This document shows positions 1 to 10,042 of a stretch of 64,000 nt of DNA, in pieces (position 1 is the first letter of the stretch; every line of letters starts with the position of its first letter). The notes below the pieces were generated by a model, which saw only the letters and a program-made list of their open reading frames with translations, did no database searches and was not told the origin of the DNA. Made by a program: the position numbers and the translations under genes. The stretch comes from Macrostomum hystrix (Eukaryota; Animalia; Platyhelminthes): assembly GCA_950097015.1 (NCBI GenBank), contig CATNEN010000003.1:9300001-9364000 (forward strand). Reading direction: 5' to 3'.

Positions 1-261
1 TATACTGTTTATTGTCTATATCTTTTACCAAAGAAGGAAATGAATCTACATGCCTAAATGAGTTTATATTTATTATGTAACAACTCCCAAAAATTCAATT
101 CAATTAAATTCAATTCAAATTCAAGCCAATAATCTACAGAATAGGTTCATGAAAAAAAACAATAAAGTTTGCTAGCTAGTACCAAATCTAAAAAAACTTT
201 AAAAAATTCAAAACTTAAGACTAAGTACAAGTAGATATAATTACAAGATATTAAGGCTTAC

Positions 262-328
262 CGAGAACTTTCTTCTCTACATCCTTGTCAACTTCAGGTG
301 ACTTCTCTGCGGTCTTAGCTGCCATCAT
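262..328 (-). CDS. Probable first coding exon of a gene continuing off the left edge (MMAAKTAEKSPEVDKDVEKKVL|G)
   Basis: ATG ATG at 328/325, open frame, phase-1 GTAAG donor at 261; more GC-rich than its AT-rich flanks. Identity cannot be determined. Confidence 0.4.
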
Positions 329-1551
329 CAACTCCGAGATGTTAAACCCACACTGGGAAAAGATGATCTTTACAGCACACTATTCTGGTTGTTAACACGC
401 GCTTAAATTTATATGAACTGTGAGAAGCATTTCAAATAGCATGATACGATACAGTGCCCTGTACACTGTGCTATAACAAAGGCATACTTATAATTTAAGT
501 TTAGTGCGGAAAAATTATTTGGATTAATTGATTTGATAAAAAAACGCTTTAAGCTATTATTCCAAAAAATTTATAGACAAAAATTTGCAAGTAATACCGA
601 AAATGCACGAATGTACCTATTCAAAAAATAGTGATAAGGGCGTTGACCGAAAAATAGTAATGTAGTCTCTGATCTGTCGTTCGTTTGGGTACATCGACGA
701 TGTAACCAGCGACTGAGTTTATTCACCAGTTTCGCAATAAAGGTAGTGATGAAGTCTCATCTAAAATGTCATCCTTTGATATATGAAATATCTAAATTGG
801 CATTTTTTATTCTATATATGGTCATTTACCGAAACAATCTAATCTTATAAAAATAACTTATTGAATCGGGCTTTATAATAAATTAGGTATTAAAAATGAT
901 TATTGAAGAAAATTCCTTCAAATTTTAAACCTTTAATGCATTTCTTCACAACTTACTATTATTATATTAAGCTTCAAGATCTTTGTAAAGTTTCTATTTA
1001 ATAACAAGGAACCAAGATTTGTTAGTTCTTTTTGTTGCAAACTATTATGCTTTTTGTTGATGTGCCACAAAATCCAACAATGCAATGTATGACTATGTTT
1101 GTTGCATAATTTGAAATCAATTTTTTTGCAAAAGCTAATGCTCCAGTAGAATTTGTTTTGAACTGTAGCTGGAGGTTCAATGAGTTATGGTTATACATAG
1201 CATTATAATAATACAATTCTTATTTATACTTTTACTGATTTAAAATTGCCTTTTTAGTTTGTATATATTAATTTATACTATATGATATTTAATGTAGTTT
1301 GTTTGACCTGAATTTCTAAAAAGTATAATATTTGAGTTAAAAATAGAGGGATAACAGCTTATTAAAACATTTTTTATAGTAACCATATAATAGAAAGTTT
1401 TTTACTCTATTTACCTTTTTGAGGATCAATTTTTTTTAATTTTTAACAATTTTCTGTGTTATTTGTATTACAAGCAATCCACATTTATTTTTTTTACCTT
1501 TAAAAGCTTACAATAAATGTTACTAAAAATTGATAAAAATATAATTTTCAG

Positions 1552-4500
1552 TATCAGGCCAAACTTTTAGCTGCTAATCTACAACAGGCTATTGCAAGCC
1601 ACAGCTTATCTGAGGCAGCCTGTCTAGTGGAAAAATTATGTCAAACTAATCAGAAAGTAAGTTTTTTAAGCTGTTGTTTTTACAAAGATGTTAATTAAAT
1701 TTAAAGTCTCTAAAGTTTTATAAGTGTCACACACTGAGCAGTTAGACAAATCACATTCCATAGTGATCTAAAAGCAGAATTTATCTTCACCATCAGGTGA
1801 CAATTTATCCAGATTGGTCTGAGAGACTCGTACCATTTGATCAGCAAGGCCCACAGCAGCAGCTGCAGCAGCCTGCCCAATTTCTTGTATCTGTTAGACT
1901 ACAATCCCGCGATGGGTACCTTAGTAGGCCACTTCGCTTGTGCATTCCACAAGGTCTGGATGCCACCATTGCTGATCTCAAAGAGCAACTATTATTGACA
2001 TTTGGATTGCCAGTATCTGCTCAGCGTTGCATTGTAAATCACCAGCTGCCTGAGGATGCTACTAGGCTAAGGGATCTGGCTCGACTAGCCAACTCTGGAC
2101 TGTTTGGCATCGAAGCTGTGGTCTATTTACTGCCTAAGTCGAATTATGAAGATGACAATGTTCCAATAAGTGAACGTTGGGAACGATTGACACCAGAGAG
2201 ATTAGATCTGATTAAACAAGAACTGATTGAAAAACGACAAGCTGCTGAGGCGGCTGCAGCGGCTGCGGCAGCTGCTGATGATCAAGGAGCACTTCTCGAT
2301 GATGCAGCATTGAGGGTAAGATAGTGAGTCCTGCTTCGCTTATAATTAAATCTTTAGACATAAATTACAAAAGGAAGACAATCGTTATTTCTCTGATCCT
2401 CTCCCAGATCTTCAGATTTAGATCTCCGCTCTCCCAGATCCTCAGATTCAGATCTCGACTCTCCCAGATCTTCAGATTCAGATCTCCACTCTCCTAGATC
2501 CTCAGATTCAGATCTCCGCTCTCCCAGATCCTCAGATTCAGATCTCCACTCTCCCAGATCCTCAGATTCAGATCTCCGCTCTCCCAGATCCTCAGATTCA
2601 GATCTTCACTCTCCCAGATCCTCAGATTCAGATCTCGACTCTCCCAGATCCTCAGATTCAGATCTTGACTCTCCCAGATCCTCAGATTCAGATCTTGACT
2701 CTCCCAGATCCTCAGATTCAGATCTTCACTCTCCCAGATCCTCAGATTCAGATCTTGACTCTCCCAGATCCTCAGATTCAGATCTTCACTCTCCCAGATC
2801 CTCAGATTCAGATCTTGACTCTCCCAGATCCTCAGATTCAGATCTTGACTCTCCCAGATCCTCAGATTCAGATCTTCACTCTCCCAGATCCTCAGATTCA
2901 GATCTTCACTCTCCCAGATCCTCAGATTCAGATCTTCACTCTCCCAGATCCTCAGATTCAGATCTCCGCTCTCCCAGATCCTCAGATTCAGATCTCCGCT
3001 CTCCCAGATCCTCAGATTCAGATCTTCACTCTCCCAGATCCTCAGATTCAGATCTTGACTCCCAGATTCGACTCTGCCAGATCCTCAGATTCAGATATCC
3101 TTTAGAGAATCCTATAGATCCTATCTTTTCTAGATAACATCTCCTTTTTACTTTCTTTAGAACTATATGCGACAAATAGACAAAAATTTTAGTTTTTTTA
3201 ATTCAGATTTTTAACGCTTTAAATGCTTTGACATGTAATCTTATCTTCTTGATAAAAGAACAAACTTTTGTGTCTCAATTAATTTAGAAGCTAATTTAGT
3301 TGAAAGGTGGCTTTAAAGGCTAGAGTGATTTTAGTATTTTTCTAGCTACATAAAAGTTTTGTTAGACAAAATCTGTTTTAATCTAATGTACGTTTACTTG
3401 CGAAATAATTGAAGTATTACGGATTTTTCGAAATAAAACGATTGGTCAAAATTCTTTTAGCCTGGTTGGCAATGCCCCACCTGCACCTGCTGGAATCCGC
3501 TGCGTCGGCCCGGCTGTCAGATTTGCGCAACCGATCGACCAGCCGATGCATTGGAGCTGTGGGCTGATGCAGCCGCAGCTGACGACGACTACCTGGAAGT
3601 TGCTGATGTGCTTGACGACGAACCAGATAATGTAAGCTCTGAGGCTGAGGTGGGTGGTTGTAAATATAGACTGGTTGGGGTGGTTGTCATTATAGAATAT
3701 GTGGGGTGGGTGTCACTAAAGAATATGTGGGGTGGGTGTCATTATAGAATGGGTGGGGTGGGTGTCAGTATAGAATGGGTGGGGTGGGTGTCAGTATAGA
3801 ATGTGTGGGGTGGGTGTCAGTATAGAATGGGTGGGGTGGGTGTCAGTATAGAATGGGTGGGGTGGTTGTCAGTATATAATAGATTGGGTGGTTGTCAGTT
3901 TAGAATGGATGGGGTGGGTGTCAGTATAGAATGTGTGGGGTGGGTGTCGCTATAGAATGGATGGGGTGGGTGTCAGTATAGAATGGGTGGGGTGGGTGTC
4001 ATTACAGAATGGATGGGCTGTGTTGTCGGTGTCAGCGGATTGTTTGCCATTTAAAGTCAGGTGTCCCTGAACCCCGTGTATCTTAGCCTGGCTGGCGATG
4101 TCCCAACTGCACACTGATGAATCAGCCGCACAGGCCTGGCTGCTCGGCGTGTGCGGCAGACCGGCCCGCAGACTACCAGCCGCCAGATGGCTATGAGCAG
4201 CCCGATGACCCGGAGCTGGAGCAGCAGCGGCAGCTTTTGGAGCAGACGATAGCTCAGGAAATGCTGGACAAGGTATTTTGAGTTTTGTATTCGGATTTTT
4301 TGCTAAACAGAATGCTTGTAGCTCAGTGATAAGAGCTTCACTTCACTTCACCCGGGAGTAAAATTGCTACCAACCTGGGCAGATATGGATATGCCGGCCT
4401 CCCTTGACCACGTTTAGGAGAAAAAGTTGCGTTCAACTTTTCGATGGCTCAGGTTGTGCTCCTGGCTGTACTCTAGTCCAAATCGTCTAATTGCAACTTT

Positions 4501-6966
4501 ACAATACGATTATAATATAAACATCAGATTTTCCTTATCCGATATGTATCGAAATATGTATTTTTTCAGTCAGATTTTCCTAATCCGAATGTGTCTGAAA
4601 AGGAATTCTGTCTAACTTTTTGAATTCTGTTTGAATTATTTTTCTAAACTTACAGCCGGGCTGGTTGTGTCCAACCTGCACGTATAAAAACGCGCCCTAC
4701 AGGCCAGGCTGTCAGGTGTGCGCAGCCGATCGACCTGAGGACTATAAGCCACCGGACGGCTACCAGCCGCCAGCTGAGGAGATCGCCAGAGCTCGGCAAC
4801 AGCAGCGAGAATATCTGGAACTGGTCAATGTGAGTTGAAGACAACTGCTGGCAGTATAAAATGCCGAAAATATAATGTGAAGGGGTATTTTAGAGACGGA
4901 TCAATTAATGAGATCAGAATTAATAAGTGATTTGGAGAGACTTGCATGATGATTGCTATGAGGTTCAAATAGACGGCTATATGAGATACGGATAAACTGC
5001 TATTTGGAGATAAAAGCATCCGATTTAGATAGACAGTTAAGTTTTTGATAATTGGTTAAGCGTGCATGAGATTCGGAGATCCAGGTTTCAGATGTGGAGA
5101 GATGGGGTATGATATTTCAATGCATAGGGGTATGAGATTTATTATAATATGTATGTGAGCCAAAGACACGTGTTATAGAGTCGAAGAGACAGGTATGGGA
5201 TTCGGAGATTCGGGTATCAGACTTGAAGATTCGGGTATCAGACTTGAAGATTCGGGTATGAGGTTTGGAGATACAGGTATGAGGTTTGGAGATACAGGTA
5301 TGAGGTTTGGAGATACAGGTATGAGATTTGGAGATGCAGGTATGAGATTTGGAGATGCAGGTATGAGGTTTGGAGATACAGGTATGAGATTTGGAGATGC
5401 AGGTATGAGGTTTGGAGATGCAGGTATGAGGTTTGGAGATACAGGTATGAGATTTGGAGATGCAGGTATGAGGTTTGGAGATGCAGGTATGAGGTTTGGA
5501 GATACAGGTATGAGGTTTGGAGATACAGGTATGAGATTTGGAGATACAGGTATGAGGTTTGGAGATACAGGTATAAGATTTGGAGATGCAGGTATGAGAT
5601 TTGGCATTATACAGGTATGAGATGGTACAGCTGTTTGAGGATTTACATATTTGATAGGAAGCGATCCTGGGAGATTTAGACAGACTTAAGAATATGAAAC
5701 TGATAATAGAGACAGAATTATAGTAAGACACCAATTATTATTCTGTGATTTGAGATATAATTTACTTTTACCTTAATAGGACGGCCTGATGCAAAAGGTG
5801 ACCCGTCGGTTTGACTGCGGCCACAAGGAGAAGATCTCGTGGTACGCGAATTTTCGCAGAGTCAACAACCAGTTCTGCTCCCAGTGCTGGTCACTGGCTG
5901 CCCAGATACACAAGGAGAAGCTCAACGCTGAGGAGGAGCTAGAGGGTGCCGCCCCGGTTATTAAGAGAACCCCGCTGACTGAGGACAATGAGGACACGGC
6001 TGTTGAGTACTTTAAGGTTAGGAAAATTATATTTATGGTTCGCTAGAATTAACCGCAGCCGTACCGACCTTCTTCATCCCACCCCACTCAAGCCCACAAC
6101 TTCCCGATCCCAACTCAATTACCATTTCTAATCCCACAACATTCTCAATCCCCACTTCTAACCCACAACATCCTCAATCCCCATTTCTTATCCCGCAACA
6201 TCCTCAATACCCAATTTCTTATCCCACAACATCCTTAATGTCCCATTTCTTATCCCACAATTTAACATCCTCAATCCCCATTTCCTATCCCATAACATCC
6301 TCAATCCCCATTTCTTATCCCACGACATCCTCAATCCCCATTTCTTATCCCTTAACATCCCAATCCCCATTTCTTATCCCACTACATCCTCAATCCCCAT
6401 TTCTTATCCCACTACATCCTCAATCCCCATTTCTTATCCCACAACATCTCCAAACCCAGGTGTACGATCGCGTCATGCGGTACGTGAAGCCGGAGCATGG
6501 CATCAAGGTGCAGATTCAAAGCCTAGAGCGCATTGAGAACAGTAGATTAGATGGACGCCTATTTGAGTGCTACAATCTGCTACAGAAGAAGGACTGTATT
6601 CCTGAGCTGCTCATTCATGGCACTCGCAACGAAATCGCCGAGAAGATAATTCAAGAAGGCTTTCGCGTTGGCCAGGGTGGCATGTTTGGCGCCGGGATCT
6701 ACTTTGCCACGGATACTACTAAAAGTGCCCAGTATTGCCGCGAGAATGGAATCAAATCTTTGCTTCTATGCGATGTTGTGCTAGGCAAGACTAAGGTTTG
6801 CGCCGCCCCTAGGCAGGATTTGAATCTGCAATTAATCACAGCCGAAGGATACGACTCTGTGTTTGCTAAACGCAATACAAATCAACTAGGCGGCGTGGCC
6901 AACGATGAGTACATTGTCTATCGATCTGAACAGGCCACGCCTAGGTATCTGGTAAAGTTTCAGTGA
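1552..6966 (+). CDS. HOIL-1L/SHARPIN-like LTM-UBL-3xNZF protein fused to a PARP (ART) catalytic domain; start exon not identified
   Basis: Exons 1552-1656 (LAANLQQAIASHSLSEAACLVEKL, LTM-like), 1797-2315 (UBL: TIADLKEQLLLTFGLPVSAQRCIV...VVYLL), 3461-3631 (PGWQCPTCTCWNPLRRPGCQIC; alternative donor 3649), 4087-4272 (PGWRCPNCTLMNQPHRPGCSAC), 4656-4829 (PGWLCPTCTYKNAPYRPGCQVC), 5780-6016, 6460-6966 (HGT...GGMFGAGIYFA..SAQY...NDEYIVY). All introns are GT..AG and phase 0, giving an open frame of at least 632 aa. Confidence 0.82.
2400..3100. repeat. Intronic minisatellite, 30-nt unit (ctcccagatcctcagattcagatcttgact)
   Basis: About 22 tandem copies; explains ORF 2665..3105. Confidence 0.95.
3690..4020. 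repeat. Intronic G-rich minisatellite, ~26-nt unit (gggtggggtgggtgtcagtatagaat)
   Basis: Tandem copies visible just after the NZF1 exon. Confidence 0.9.
5190..5600. repeat. Intronic minisatellite, 21-nt unit (aggtatgaggtttggagatac)
   Basis: Tandem copies; explains ORFs 5117/5173/5195. Confidence 0.95.
6110..6450. repeat. Intronic minisatellite, ~30-nt unit (tcctcaatccccatttcttatcccacaaca)
   Basis: Tandem copies ending about 9 nt before the PARP-exon acceptor at 6459. Confidence 0.9.
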
Positions 6967-7166
6967 CTAGAAATTCGTCTTTTTATAAAAAAAAGTCAAT
7001 GATCAATGTTTTCAATCTGTAATTACTCTAGAGAACTATTTCCTACAATGCCTACTAAAGACGGATTAAATGGGCGACTTCCAGTTTTCGAGGCCTTTTA
7101 AAACCGCAAATTTTATACACATTATTAAATTAGATGTGTATAAAATTTGGCTACAAATAGCCAAAA

Positions 7167-7455
7167 GAGGTTGTAGCCTAGTGGTTAGGGCGTCGGACTC
7201 ACGACTTGAAGGTCGGGGGTTCGATTCCCGACTCCACTGAAACAATTTGTGTCCTTTAGCAAGACACTTAACTCTGCATTGCTTCAGTTCACCCAGCTGT
7301 TAAATGGGTACCAGCATCAGCTGGGATAATTGAAGGTGGGTGTGGCGTCCCCCCAGTCCATGAACTGAACAGCTGTACGCAGCAGATTTCAGATGCTGCG
7401 GCTGTGCTGTCGGCTGCACATCTGGCCCGATTGGGGCAGGTGTAATAAAAAAATT
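7167..7455 (+). mobile_element. tRNA-derived CORE-type SINE, apparently full length
   Basis: tRNA-like head with A box (tagcctagtgg) and B box (ggttcgattccc) at 7167-7236; CORE-like segment tgtgtcctttagcaagacacttaac...ctgttaaatggg; 3' tail shared with the copy at 63355-63557; A-rich end. Confidence 0.75.
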
Positions 7456-7627
7456 AAATTAGAAAATTTCATCTTCAAATCCGATATCACTTAAATTTTA
7501 CATCCCTAAAAATTTGGTAAGTAAAGTTATGGAAATTTCAGATCGATAATTCTGGAAATTCGTGAGAGAGGTGAAGTTTTACAAAAATTAAAGTGTCCAG
7601 ATTTTTTATTTTTTTGCTACCTAATAC

Positions 7628-7775
7628 ATATATTACATATTATATATATATATTTATATATACAATATAAATATATATATAATATATATAAATATAAATA
7701 TAAATATATAATATATATAAATATAAATATAAATATATAATATATATAAATATAAATATATATATTACAATATAT
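7628..7775. repeat. AT-rich microsatellite (ATATAA-like)
   Basis: Low-complexity AT run. Confidence 0.85.
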
Positions 7776-10042
7776 TTTCAATAATTGAGCTAACGTGTGT
7801 ATAAATCATGATTTTTTCTTTTTTAGTAAATGCTTCTTTGTCAATAAAATTTTATTGTCTTTCGCAACATTTTCTGCTAAATTCAACTCGTCACTCAAGA
7901 TACGCTATGGAATTAACAACGATTGGCCAATTGATTGACGGAAATGATAAACTAATGTGTAAAATGTGAAGTTAATTGTAAAATATCTTTGAAAATTTAC
8001 GAAAACAGTCTTTACCTGTTGTTCCTTGACGATCTTTATAAAAGCAGACTATTCAAATTACTTGAAAAAAAAAGAAAATTGCCTAGAGTGCTTTTTATCT
8101 TAAAAAGAAACTGTATTGCTGTCTCCAACTCAATAAGTTTCAAGGGATCAAATTTTGCCATGGTCAAGACTCGAACTCCGGACCTCTCGTTGTAACAGTC
8201 CAAGACTCAAGCTGTAATATTCTGATAGTCTTACTTTAAACTTAAGCTTATTATCTATGATTGTGTTTAAAAGTAAAATTTTTTTTCTTGTATTCGATAA
8301 AATCTAGTACGATCGTGTATGTACTAGCATACCGCTTGTCACAAGACCACGAGATAGCAATAATGCTACATTAAGTAAATACACGAGCAGTCGTGTTTAC
8401 TCTGTGCATTATGTCAACGGAACAGGATCTGTAGAATCAGGTTTACTTATTATTCATGCTTGCTCGGATTAAACATGTAAATACGAGTGCAGGTTGTCAT
8501 CTGAATTTATATCGCATTTTTTAATTGAGAACATTTTGCACAGCTATATCAAATATTGACCGATTATTAATATCAAAAAACGTCAAAATTCAAAGCTACA
8601 CCAAGCTACCTACCAAGTTGCAAGTGACATGTGTGACTTCATTTAAAGTAATCTCTTGATTGGTTAGAAAAGATCTGCCATAGAGCTGCAAGTGTAGAAC
8701 CTGCATGGAGAGACGAAGATAAACTGGACAGATAGGAAATTGTTGGCAATTAAGGCAATTAATGATAGTAGTATTGTAATAACAACGATATAAAATCCGA
8801 TTGCTTATTTATTGGATGTTGAACATTGGATTGGACACTTCTAAGTATGGAATCTGTTGTCTATGGTTTAAACAGTCTGCATTACGAGCCCGTGATTATC
8901 TATCCGAGCCTTCATAAATGTAGTAAATTGCGTGCATAAATGTCGAATTTCTATGGTCAAACCCGATTTGTTGAAACATACGAATGTTTCCCACATTATT
9001 ACGATCAATACTGCTCGTAAAAAGCGTGCTGCTAATGCATTTCCGTGCTGTTAACGGGCAGTGCATTATATTTTATACGTAGTAAATTGCGTGCATAAGA
9101 GTCGAATATCTATGGTCAAAACTCGGGTAGCAACGGACAGAAAATAATGGACTCAAACTAGGCTTTTTGCGTGGCCATGGGACCATTGTAACACGCAATG
9201 CGGTGCATTAAACGTTAGACAGCGTGCGTGTAACGCAAGTAGTCTATGGTAGAAACTCAACCGCACTAAGAGTTTTCATCATGCGTGTAACGCATTTAGC
9301 GTGCGTCTAACGCTACAAGCACAAAAACAGTTTATTTCAAAAGTGGAACAGATGAAGCATACAACGTTAACAAGTTTACTAACGTTAAAGTGTCTATGGC
9401 CCAGCTTGCATATTACAACGCAACTAATATATCGCCGCTTTGAACTTTAACGGTCTCAGCGGCGATATATTAATCCTACATTAACCATTATGGCACTAAA
9501 AAGCCTATAGTGTAAATCTATAATTATTTCATTTAATGGGCTTCGGGACGATTAAATGATTTAATGAACTCGGAATGAATCCGTTGTAAACGCCGCTTTA
9601 TTTATCATACGAGTAGTCTATGGTTAAAAAGTCCGAGGCAAGCAAAGCTCGAAGCTTTCTAACCACAGTGTGAAATAGAGGGCGTTTATCATCTACTTAA
9701 TTCAGGGATTCGAACATAGACTATGCATTATAAGCGTGCATTAAGCGACTGTTTAAAAAAGGCATTTTTTTAATTGCCATCGTTTAAAAATAGTCTCTAA
9801 ATTCATAGATACTTTTGTGCGTCCGCCTGTTAATTATATACGAGCCGTAGCTAATGAGCTGTGCCTTTAGAAAGTTTGAGAGAGACAGAATGTGTCCTTT
9901 ATCAGACATAAATTCGAAGTTACTATACTAAGCTCTCGAAGATTGTGTATGTACTGCTACATGGATATTTATTCATTTCTTAAACAACCTTTAATCACAG
10001 GTCCCTAGCCAAAACAGGCAGACACACAAGCCTCAGCACAAG

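Noticed and set aside
7167-7236. Functional tRNA gene (also 61797-61872)
   Set aside because: Imperfect cloverleaf, continues into CORE and a SINE tail, and has multiple degenerate copies.
7320-7445. Ribozyme in the SINE tail (as in schistosome SINEs)
   Set aside because: No CUGANGA/GAAA core and no twister or HDV pattern that I could support.
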